Source: Yuukianura sp. NJ FZ-2021 (taxonomy: Eukaryota). Taken from it: 64,000 nucleotides of DNA. The notes under the pieces are model-generated. The model made no database searches and was not told the DNA's origin. It saw nothing but the letters and a program-made list of their open reading frames with translations. This document shows positions 29,474 to 40,789 of this stretch, one piece after another. The translations under genes were made by a program, and so were the position numbers. The stretch lies in NCBI GenBank assembly GCA_046563655.1, contig CM102285.1:8804001-8868000 (forward strand), given 5' to 3'. The number at the start of each line of letters is the position of its first letter. Position 1 is the first letter of the stretch.

Positions 29474-30501
29474 TTTCTAGAACTTAATTAGGTTTAGAGT
29501 TAAAGCCGATTAGCTTAACTCAGCCTCTCTCGCTCAAAAATTTTTTGCTCTCGCAAAATTGAGTTGTTCGGTTTTAGAAATTGCAATCCGAACAATGCAG
29601 TGAAACCGAAAGTGTTAAAAGCTACTGTTAGGTTTCCAGAAAATAGAAATGTTTAACAACTTTCTCCTTTAGTTGGTTAAAAGTTAGAATTAAAACGGCT
29701 TTTCTAAAGAACTAGAACAACAAAGACCTATTGTCCACATTTCCAATTTCCGGCGACTGTTTCTGTTTAAAAGTTTGATGGGAACGGATATCGCTGCAAC
29801 GTAAGATAAATTTCATTTCCTACGTGCATTTCCATTGGGAAGAAATAGATCTTTGGTTGGTCAGAGTTCGAGTGTCTCCCTGTCACAGTTCCAAAGGCAC
29901 ACTTGATCCATGAGGCTTTTGTAGAAGGACTTTTAGGACCTACGTGCAATTGACACTTGATTAATCGCAAAAAGATACACTCGAATTAATTATACTGGCT
30001 GTCTCAAGTGGAGCGATTTATACCGAGGGTTAAGTTCCTAATGCTTTTTCCTCTGTTGCTTTCCCACTTCCAGAGAAAATTCCAACCAAAACAATTATTC
30101 TGTGATGGTTTTAGCATTAATTTTTCAATTACCACTACACACTTCATTCATTCCAAAGTGTAGTGAAAAGCAATGCCAAAAACTTTCACCATAATGAGGA
30201 CATCTAGACACTGGATTTATTGTAAACACAAGTTTGTGAATTCCGAGAGTTTTTAAATTTAAAAAAATTTTCCAAGATTTTTTGAGAACGATGGGTTTTT
30301 AACCTTGAATTTGAAAAAGCCCCTGGTTTTATTTTATGGAATGGAACGCTGGAACAGCTTTCTAAGTTTTAACAATTTTTTTCCTGAATTATTTAGTAAT
30401 TTTTTTATAGATCGAATTTACAGAGCTGCTGGGAATTCAATTTACATTACAAGTTGAATTTTCTTTGTTTTCAGACTTTCTTTTATTTTTCGTTTGAAAT
30501 T

Positions 30502-30909
30502 TTAGCAACCTCGGTAAGAACTGATGGTGTCATCCATTCCTAAGCTGCTTAGTCTGTCGTGGCAGCAACTTCCGGGGAAAATTTTCACCGACTTTCCACT
30601 GCAACCACCATTTTCATAAACGATGAGACAGTGACCCTCCGAGTTAATGGACGAAATTTCGTCATTGATCCACCCTTCCACATTGTTGCATTTACTATCA
30701 TCAGCCCAACCGGGAGGAGCTCGGTAGAAGTCACCTGTTAAAAAGCATATCAGGTCGCTAAGTGTCACCCAAAACAAATTAATCACTCATATTTTCAAAT
30801 TCAACCCACCTTTGTGGCCAGCGTCTACGAAAAAGCGTACAGCATCGCTTCCACAGCCGCAACTCAGGAAAACGAACAATCCAAGCATACCGCAAACTTT
30901 CAACGTCAT
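30502..30909 (-). CDS. Small secreted cysteine-rich beta/gamma-crystallin-fold protein, 2 exons (30909-30810, 30734-30502), 110 aa
   Basis: Spliced product MTLKVCGMLGLFVFLSCGCGSDAVRFFVDAGHKGDFYRAPPGWADDSKCNNVEGWINDEISSINSEGHCLIVYENGGCSGKSVKIFPGSCCHDRLSSLGMDDTISSYRGC: signal peptide plus two Greek-key-like repeats ending NDEISS and DDTISS. Confidence 0.8.
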
Positions 30910-31847
30910 GTTCAATTTCCTAGAAAAATTTTGTGCCATGAAATTTCGTGATGTAGTTTCAAGTTTAGTGTTAATTTTCTGTCAAGTAATAATGAAATGA
31001 AATATAATTATTATAACATAATATGTTATGGAATTTATTTACTTTACGTCAATATGTTCACTCCCAGCAAGCAGCTACAAACTTCCGACGTTAGACGCTT
31101 GACTAAAAATGATTTTCATTTCGTTTTTTAACTCCGTCTTTAATTTCATTCTCACTCAGGGACATTTTCAGAACAATTGAAACCTTAACCTTCGATGCAG
31201 TTGAAAAAGAGCCGCTCGTATTTTAAAAGGTTGACGTTATTACTGTGTTATTATAATCTTTTTTTTTACTTACACCGTGCTAACTTTTGAAGCGAGGTTT
31301 CATAAACCTAGCGAATACACTTTTTGGATGAGAACAATAATAATGTTGGCAATTTTTGACTATATTCTGTAGGACTTAAAGAACTGGAATGCTTTTATCC
31401 TAGTGCAAACCACGATTATGAATTCACTTTTTAAAAACTGGACCAATGAAATGAGAAAAAAAAAGTTTTAAATCTTGATGCCATGGCGATTCTTATTAAA
31501 CTACTGTTTTGCTGTTTGTGTTTTCTACTTTGCTGATGAATGACCTTTGCTCCTTCTCTGGCTTCCTCCGATGAGTGACCTCAAATTTTAAGTCCGCATC
31601 TCAAGAAACAAACAGGCCTCCGTTCGCTCTTCTTCCGTCAAATCTTCAACAACAGGTACAGAGTGTGAGAAAATTTTATCGGTGGACTTGTGGAAGCCAA
31701 CAGTGTAACAAACCGAGGAAGGTAGCACGAATACTCTTTCATGACTTACGAAAAATGAATTTCAATTAACTTGCACTAATTTCTTCCTACTCAATTCATG
31801 CAACACAGACTTTGTTTTCAGTTGACTTTAAGTCCGAGGTGGCAGAA

Positions 31848-33017
31848 ATGGAACTTGGACTTCCGGAAACCGAAAATGGGCGAGGAGTGAAGCGGCCCTT
31901 TGACGAATCAATTGGCGTTGACGCAGTTGATCAAATAACCGCTACGGAGCTGGGTCATCCTGAAACGTACTCATTCGTTTGGCAAATCAAGAACTTCAGT
32001 GGCATCGGACCAGACGAAGTGAAGTCTCCCGTTCTGATTAGTCCAGTTGCTACTCCACACAAATGGCAAGTCAAGGTTCGAGTAACCAAGGACGACAAGG
32101 TCCCTTGTGGAGAGGTCCTTGGTGTGTACATATCCCTGCTGGGGTTTGGTGACGGTTGGATTCCTGGATGGTTCCTTGGACGCAAACTTAGAGCTGCCTT
32201 CCAGATCTGCCTCATCGATGGACAAGACAAGCTGCAAAATCCAATTGGAGACTTGACTCGAGCGCGTAACTTTGGACGATGCACAACCTGGGGAAAACGT
32301 GACTACATTGCAATGGACGACCTCATGACGCCAGGATTCTTGACCAACGACACTGTTCGATTCCACTGTGTCATCCGTTGGTTCAAAAGGGAAATCCGAT
32401 ATTTCACCCACAAAAGCCTTGCAGAACGAGACCATGAGGTCATGGTTCACGACACTGGCAAACGTTGTCGCCTGGAAGTCGCAAATGACATTGCAAATCT
32501 TCAGTGTGACGAAAGTTCTTGCGACGTGGATATCAAAACGCAAACGGGGACTTTAAAGGCTCACCGCTCCGTTTTGATCAGTCGAAGTCCCATTTTTGCA
32601 CAACTTATGGCTGAGCACCCTATTGGAGAATTTATCGAAGTGGACCTGTCAGTCTTTTCTGAAAGTACGGTCAAGACGATGCTGGACTTCATTTACCAGG
32701 GAAAAGTGGATCGGACCCAACTGGCAGAAAATGGAGTCCAAATTTGTGGAATTGCTGAGCGAGTGAAACTGATTCCACTGAAAGAAGCTGCTGAACGAGA
32801 ACTGGCATTGGGCATCACTGAAAACAATGCTGCTGACCGTCTGTTTATGGCTGCTGACCTGAAGGCCAAAACTCTTCTACCGGAAGTTGTCAACTTCATC
32901 CAACATCATCCTGCTGTGAAATCAACTGAATCCTACAAGTACTGGAAAGAACAAAAACCCAACCTGTATCTGCGTCTTCAACTGGACTTTCCTAACGTCT
33001 TCAGTGACGAAGCATGA
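31848..33017 (+). CDS. MATH-BTB(-BACK) SPOP/roadkill-like Cullin-3 adaptor, intronless CDS
   Basis: MATH: YSFVWQIKNFS...KW...WG...TVRFHCVI. BTB: CDVDIK...LKAHRSVLISRSPIF...MLDFIYQG. BACK-like NAADRLFMAA. First ATG at 31848 follows a splice acceptor at 31821. Confidence 0.9.
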   Translation: MELGLPETENGRGVKRPFDESIGVDAVDQITATELGHPETYSFVWQIKNFSGIGPDEVKSPVLISPVATPHKWQVKVRVTKDDKVPCGEVLGVYISLLGFGDGWIPGWFLGRKLRAAFQICLIDGQDKLQNPIGDLTRARNFGRCTTWGKRDYIAMDDLMTPGFLTNDTVRFHCVIRWFKREIRYFTHKSLAERDHEVMVHDTGKRCRLEVANDIANLQCDESSCDVDIKTQTGTLKAHRSVLISRSPIFAQLMAEHPIGEFIEVDLSVFSESTVKTMLDFIYQGKVDRTQLAENGVQICGIAERVKLIPLKEAAERELALGITENNAADRLFMAADLKAKTLLPEVVNFIQHHPAVKSTESYKYWKEQKPNLYLRLQLDFPNVFSDEA

Positions 33018-34390
33018 AAGAAAATCAAACAAAATGAATCAACTTTATACAATTAATATACAAAAAAAATCAAATATATTTTGAAAAGTTCAAAAGAAAT
33101 ATTTTTACATGTTCACAACAACAAAAATCTTCAATAAACCGTGTTCTCTTTGAAAATCAAAGTTAACCATTTTGAAAAAGAATTTTTTTTTTAAAAAAAA
33201 ATTGTTGTTTGCCTCACTCCGGAATGCTTCATAATAAGTTAAATGAAAACTTGTTTGATCATGAACGCGCCTTTTCATCTTTGGCAAGCGCTGCAAATCA
33301 ACTGATCTGGAACATCGTTTCCAAAAATTTCAATAAAATGTTTCAATAAAATTTTGAAATATCAGCCGTTTGATCTCGGCAACTAAAGGTTCATTTTCTC
33401 TAATTTAGAATTTGAAACAAAATATTTCAAATTCAATTTTAAACAATTTGTACCTTTGTAACTTCTGCTTTAGCTCAATCGAGCTGGTAAATATTGATGT
33501 TCAAAGTTCACGGTAAAATTCCGTAGCTTAGCTCCAGAAATAGGAACTTTGAGCGCAAATACATGGTTACAGCAGGAAAGAAAATATATTCAAAAATATA
33601 TTTTTTGTAAGCTCGTTCGACATTTTCCTAGGAAAAAAAATGGGCGTTTGGTGTGGACAAAAAAAGAACATTTTTAAAAAATGGCAAGTTTCAACAAACC
33701 GCGTTTTCCGCAGTTTAGTGGGAAGATTTTTAGAGGTAAAGTTAACCTAATTCAGGAATTCATTTCAATGGCAATTTAAAAGACGAATTTTCGAGTTAAA
33801 AAAAAGTAAAAGTTAAGAAGCATAGAAGGCGAATTTCTTGGGAGATAATTTCTTTGAACATGAGTTTGAAAAGACTGCAAGAAGTCGTGTGACATGTTCA
33901 GAGAAAGTGGCCTATCACTATGTGTTCTTCCAACAAAACTTAAAATTGAATTTTCTCTTCAAGGATCTTCTGCAAGACTTTCACTTTTTAATCGGAAGCT
34001 CATTTCCGTTTCCTAACAATTTTAAAAACTTTTACTACGAAAATGGTAACATTGAAATTCAAATTTCTGAAGTTATTAGAAAAGGATATTAAAAAACTCG
34101 TTTTAAAATTATTGATATTAAAGTATTCCAGGGAATTGAAACGGAAAGACACAAATCAACGCAGCATCCTTTGTTCCCACCTTTAGTGTAAAAATTTTAA
34201 AATTTAAAATTATAAAAGCGATAACTTAGAACATCTTTGTGAAATGAAAGTTGAAAAAAGACGTAGAACTGTACTTCAGGTTATTAAATTTCAGCTTTCC
34301 AAAATGTGAACGGACGATTTTAAAAATTCCTGTGCCAAGGATGTTGTTCGCTCGTTGAAGTTTTTTTTTTAATAAAACCATTTTGTAATA

Positions 34391-34809
34391 CCGTATTTTC
34401 GCGTCTATAATACGCTCCCGTGTATAGTACGCAGTCTAAAAATTTACAAAAACTGGGTTTGGGCGGGAACAACGCGTATTAAGCTTCCCAATCTAAGAAT
34501 AATTCATTTTTCTGGAAACTTTTTTTTAATTTAAATGTACGCATTTTATTTAGGTTGGTCACTTCCGAAGGATTTGTTAGAAAAGTTGGAGATTTTTCGG
34601 GCGTACGTGGCAGAAAAAAAATGCTCTCGGGTCAATCTCTCCAAAAAATTAGGTTTAGTTAAGTTAGAATAGTTTAGGTTTAGTGGCTAAAGCATCATTA
34701 CGTTCTACAGTGAAAAGTTTTCTTTGATTTCAAAATTAAAAAAAAAATTCTCGCCCAAATTCCTTGAAATTTCATAGATAATACGCGTATTATCTACGGG
34801 AAAATACGG
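34391..34809. mobile_element. Tc1/mariner/pogo-type MITE, about 420 bp
   Basis: TIR CCGTATTTTCGCGTCTATAATACGC versus reverse complement CCGTATTTTCCCGTAGATAATACGC (25 bp, 3 mismatches), flanked by TA on both sides. Confidence 0.8.
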
Positions 34810-35085
34810 TAATTTTAATAAAATTGAAACTAATGTCGACCTCAAATGCTGTTTGCACAGATTTGAAAGTAAAATTTTAATTTAAGCGGTTAGAAAGGCA
34901 ATTTGTCGGAGTTCTTTTTAGATTTTGTGATGGAAATTGAGCTTAAAGTGTCGGTCAAAGTTAAATCCTGTGACAGGAGAGCGACATAATCACATAATGG
35001 CAACATAAAAACCGGTGGTGACGGGCTGTGTGTCTTCTGTATGATTAATGGTGATGACTGCTTCTTCTGTGTTTACAGAACGATC

Positions 35086-38000
35086 ATGAGTTCCGCCCTG
35101 TTTCTCTACAACGACAGCATCGGTGCTCGTAACTTCTTCGACCTGACGAGCAGTCCGCTTTACGCAGACGCTGACGAAAATTTAACGCAGACTTCCAACG
35201 CAGACTACTCTCCGCCAGATCCAGGGTACTGTAATTCTACTGGCTGGAGAGACTTTGCATCCAACTACCGCCAGTGGCACGGCCACATCTCCATTGTCGT
35301 TTGTATTTTCGGATGTGTCGCCAACCTCCTCAATCTAATCGTTTTAACACGGAAGGGCATGGTGTCACCTACCAACGCCATTTTGACTGGCTTGGCTCTA
35401 GCTGACCTCCTGAACATGGTGGAGTACATACCCTATGCCTGCTTCATGTACATTTGGAGGAGACAGAATACCTATGCCTTTGCCTTCTTCATTCTCGTCC
35501 ACGCCAATTTCGCTCAGGTAAGTGGCCCATTCTTCTTCCTAGACGACGATTCGTGAGACAGGTTAACTTCGTAGCGCGAGTTTTCGTAGCACGGGACGCT
35601 GGACATGGCGTCACTAAAGAATTAATCCAAATCCTTACTTTCACTCGGTTCTATCGACGGTGAAAGTGGCAATTTTGGAATAATGGCCAATCGGAGGCAA
35701 TTTGAACTGCGAAAAACAACTTTGCCAAAAAAATTGGTTGACGTAAGATAGACTGTGGAGATAACGAAGAATCGGAGCGTCCAGAACGAAAAATTGGAGC
35801 AAATACCGTAATACTAAACACATAACGCGCAGCGGAAATTGCAGGTCGAAACGGAATCACGGTCATTTGGTCAAACTATAGTTTATTACATTTTCATTTT
35901 TTGTTATAATTTATTGCAAGTTTACCGGAAATGGGCCAACACCCATTTTGAACATTCATCACTACGCAATAATCAATCAAATGTTCCGGAACTTTCAAAG
36001 CCCATAATTTTGAAAACTCTATTTTTCTCGAAAGCCAAAAAATTGTACACCCAAATCCTGTACAAACAAAATGGATTTGCATACTAAAGTAACATTTGCA
36101 AAAAGAAAATGAAATATGGACCTTACCAACTGCAATTTCCTTGGCTTCTGGTGGAAATTGACATGCGATGTGGTTCTGCTGGAACTCGTGTGTTTTTTCA
36201 TTATGGTGGTGGCTGTAAGTGCAAAGGACAGGCGGGGATGATGACATTTAGGGCAACAAAGATAGTGAGAGATTTTGGCGTAAATAATGTCACGTCTTTT
36301 CAAAGACGACGCCTTCATTTCTCTTTTTTGATCTTTGAAGACCTCAAGGGGATCTCTAAAAAACTGACTTTCAAAAACGAGAAATGAAGTTTTTTCTCAA
36401 AATGGGATTTTTTGTCCTTGGGTTTTCAAATTTTCCATGAATTTGTCTGAGTAAAAGTAAAAATCAAAAGCCAAGGACCAACAAATTTTGGGGAAAGCGG
36501 AAAGGAAGGAAGCATTAGACGAAGAAATGAAAATGTTGGAGGAAAATTTCAGACAGGAGAGAAAAATTTGAATCGAAAGCAACAAAATTTTACAACCGAT
36601 CATACTAATGGAACACTTTTGGGCTGAAGTGAATCCCTGTACAATAAAAATCAAGCACTACCGTTAGCTGGGTTCTGTCCTCCCCCGTACTTTTTCCATA
36701 ACAAAAAAGTAGAAAAGGAAGAAAAGTTTTGTGTTAGGAAAAAGTGATTTTGGAAATCGAGAAAACTGCGACTGTTTGTGTTTAACTTTTACTTTTGGCA
36801 CGAACCTAGCAACTTTCCAGCAGACTTTCTCGTAACATCCTTTTTGCTTACTTTCTCCGAAGTTTTTCTTGAAGAAGTAAAACGATAAGCTCATTCCTCC
36901 TTGTTTTTGCTAACGAGGAAAGCAGAGCAAGGCGCTGCTGAGTCCGCTATTATGACAACTTCCGTCGCGTGTTCGAAAACACAATGGGTGTGATTTCTTT
37001 CTAAGTTTTTTCTTTGTTCTTTTCTAAATAACCCTGTTCAACTTGTTTTGTGAAGCTAGTTGAACAAAAGGTTTTTTTAAGCAAGAGGTTTTTGTTTTCC
37101 AGTAAACTTTTAGTTTTTTTAAAGTTTTATTTAAACCACAAAGCTCACTTTAATCACTTTCACTGTTTCTCATCAAAACACGGTGCTTCCTTTACAAATA
37201 ATGCAATCTAATTTTAAAATGTACGTCAACGCTTAAATTAACACTTGACACTTTTAGATTTTAATTAAGATTGAGAGAGGGACATGCACCTTTGAGGAGT
37301 TTTTAATTAAAAACCTAATAGTACCGGTTTTCAAACGATTTCATTTCTTGGTTTCTCTAATTACGCTACTGTGACTTTTAAAATTCTGAAATGAAGATTG
37401 CTATTCTGAAGTTTAACAAACGAACAAACTCACGGATTTACAATCGACGTTATTTGCAAAATGTTAACAAAAATTGACCTCGCTAGACCGAATGATTTTC
37501 AAACGTCTATTCTATACGTATTGTTCTCTTCAGCAATTGTCTTCCAGTTTCTCGAATTCTGTCAAATCCTGAACATTTTTAGGATTCGTTGTTCCGTTTT
37601 CTTCCTACGCAAAAGCGAAGTTGTACAAAAACTTTAGTAAAATAGAAGGAAACGGGATAGAGAACAATGGGTTTGAAACAAAAAGTAAAAGTGGATTGTC
37701 TTCTAATTCCTGGGTTTTTACCATCCCAGAAAAAAACTTTCCTTTTCCGAGAAACTTTTCTTTTGAAGTTCGGAAAATTCCTAACGTAAACGAAAAAACT
37801 AGGTTCCTACCAGTTGCAAAAATTCCACAATTAAGGTCGTAAAGAATCCGAGTTTATGAAAAACCTACAAATGCTGACGTAAGAAAACATTTCGTTCGAA
37901 AATATTTTAAAAACTTGAAATTCAAAATTTTCAAAATATGGTTCTTTGGAATCATCAAAACTTGTGTAGTTCAAAATATGTTATGTAACTCACATCAAAG

Positions 38001-40789
38001 TTGAACCCCTACAAACTGAAAATGCGTATTCAAATCATCAAAAGTTGCTTTGAAACATGACGTAAAAAAGTTCAGAATAACAGGTTACGGAACGTTATCA
38101 TCAAAGGGAAAGTTCAATTCAAAATGTTACAAAGCCTTAAATCGAAAATTCCGAAATTGTCTATTCCACGGAAACCCATAATTGAGTTTCTCTTACGTTT
38201 TGATTGACTGGTGAGCTGAAATGATGTACAAATGGATGTTTTTGAACCCATCCACTTAACGGTAGAGCTTGAGAATAATCCTATTTCTCCGTTTGAATTT
38301 CTAGTTTTGTTCAAATAAACTCCACTATATACTACCTTGTTAGAAGATTATGGAAGTATCGCTAAAAGCTAAGAACTTTTTCTGATCCTTGATCCTTTCT
38401 CCGCCCTATTAATTCCTCCAGCCTTCATAACTTCAGTCAAGCGAAGCTGAAAGTACTCCAAAGTCCTTTACTTTCACTTCTTCAGCATCCCCCTGGAATT
38501 TCTCTGTTCTTTTTTACTTTCTGCCGTGCGGAAATTGAGTGCTCAAATTCCTTCCGCCTCCTCCACAAACTTCATGGTTCCACCGATTCTCAGCGTCTTT
38601 TCATTTTCTCCCACAGATCTGTCACACCGTTTCTATATGGCTGACGCTAACACTCGCTGTCTGGAGGTACATCGCCGTAGGACTGCCGACGAGAAGTGTA
38701 GCCTGGTGTACCATGGTCAGGGCCAAATGGGCCATCGCTTCCGCCTACATCTTTTCTCCAGTTCTATCCATACCGGTATATCTAGGCTTTTCAATTAGAG
38801 AGAAGACACGAGGGGACAGAGTCTACTACCTCGTGACCCTCAGTGACCTGGCGCAGGCTCATGACAACTTACTGGAGAAAGTCAACTTTTGGATATACAG
38901 GTAAAAGTTGTATAACCCAACATGGAACTTTACGTATCAGTCTACGCACAAACGGAAATTTGGAATGCGTAAATAGGAACAATGGTGGAGGAACTAAACA
39001 AACAAACCTCGAATCTAACTTTCTGTTCACTGTATAAAAGGCACTGAAACTGAGACTCCTTTTGTAATGAATTTTAAAATTTCAAAGCTTCAAACTGTGG
39101 TAGAGAAAGCAATTATAAGGAAACAAGATTAAAAAGAGTAAACAAAGGGCTCCATTTGAGTAATTCCGGGATTAATTTTCTTCTAGGTATTTCCTATTTA
39201 GAGTGTTTGCGAACCAAAAAAAAAGTTTAAGACCGATGCCGCCAATATAATGTTTGCGTAGCGAAACTACGAAGAAACTGGGACACAAATAAAACTTTCT
39301 ATTTATTCTTCACTCGAACAAAGGAACGAACCACAACTTTCCTATTTTGACTTGATGATTCTCAAACCGCTTTCGAATTGTGGCTGTCATTCTGCGTAGG
39401 TAGGAAAGTGAAAGTTACATAAACAGAGATACCTTCCATTTTCATCATTCACAAAATAATTTGACTTGTTTCTAAAAAGATTTTCACAAAGTTTATAATA
39501 ACTTTGTCGATTGGAGTATGCTTGAGATGGGAATGAAAAGGCAGCTAAAATCTGTTAATTGAACTAATTACAAAATAGAGTTACCCGTGTACTCATTACG
39601 CTAAGGACACTTTACGACAAACTTAACAATTATTATCACAAGGCACTAGCATAACAAAAGCGAGCGCGCTTTCAATTACTAATTGCGTTAGTTTTCAGTT
39701 TCTGCAACTTGTCTTTGGGTTGATGACAAAAATGTACTACACAGTACTGCAAAACTGCTGAGTAACCAGCGCCACATGCTGCTATCTGCGTTATTATGCG
39801 CTATATGTCTGTCAAAAACATTTTGATTTTGACATCTTGTTGTGTATACTTGTGTTACAATAGAGTTTTGAAAATCTAGCGAACGAGTTTCTATACAAAC
39901 TTTCTACCAGCACCAAATAAAAAACGAACAGGAGCCAAACGTAAAAAAGTTTCTGCCGGGAAAGAGCATAAATTGCGAAAAGGGTTAAGAAAATAAAAAA
40001 AAATCACTAAAAACACACTTTTTCGAATTCGGAGAAAAGACTTCCGTTGGAGAATTTTTTTTCTTTGCATTTTTTTATACTAGGGAAAACGAGCAATAAG
40101 ATTTTTTTTGGACAACAAGCATTCTTTCACACAAATAAACTCCTTCCCGGCTTTTTTAAAGCGTTTGTGATTTTTAATACTTGTTTTATTTCAGTGTCGT
40201 CATCAAGTTGATCCCGTGCATCGCTCTGACTATCGTCAGCTTCCGTCTCATCAACGCCCTAATGGACGCTAAGCGACGGAAGGAGAAGTTGCTGTCCAAA
40301 AGAACGACGACGTCAACTGGAGGTCAAGCAGACCACCAGCACAATACTGAGGCCGACAGGACAACACGCATGCTCCTGGCCGTTCTGCTCCTATTTCTAA
40401 TCACTGAAATTCCGCAGGGAATCCTAGGTCTCCTCAGCGGGATCCTTGGAAAAGATTTCTTCGAAACGTGTTACCACAATTTAGGTGAACTGATGGATTT
40501 GGTGGCTCTCGTCAACTGTGCCATCAACTTCATTCTCTACTGCGTCATGAGTAAAAAGTTCCGAGAAACGTTCCAAGAAGTGTTTCGAATCCCGAGCTCA
40601 ACGTGTTGCTACAGAAAACCCACAGCTACGCCGCCGGAACGGCGCTACCGTCTCCCATCTCTGGCCCCTCCAGCAACAACACTAGAACAGACGAGCTTGA
40701 ACTCAAATTCACACGGACATCAACTGGACATCAAGAGGTCAAGTCCATGTCAAGGTCAACACTCTGTGGTCATGGCCACAGCACTTTGA
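35086..40789 (+). CDS. MsR: Class A neuropeptide GPCR, myosuppressin-receptor-like, 3 coding exons (35086-35517, 38617-38900, 40195-40789), about 436 aa
   Basis: Seven TM segments. SPTNAILTGLALADLL, QICHTVSIWLTLTLAVWRY (WRY in place of DRY), YSVVIKLIPC, DRTTRMLLAVLLLFLITEIPQG and NCAINFILYCVMS are typical of the myosuppressin receptor group. Confidence 0.88.

Noticed and set aside
34649..34685. Telomeric TTAGG array (similar fragments near 21418, 40953, 43831 and 62389)
   Set aside because: Only 2-4 degenerate units, mostly inside repeats; not a telomere.
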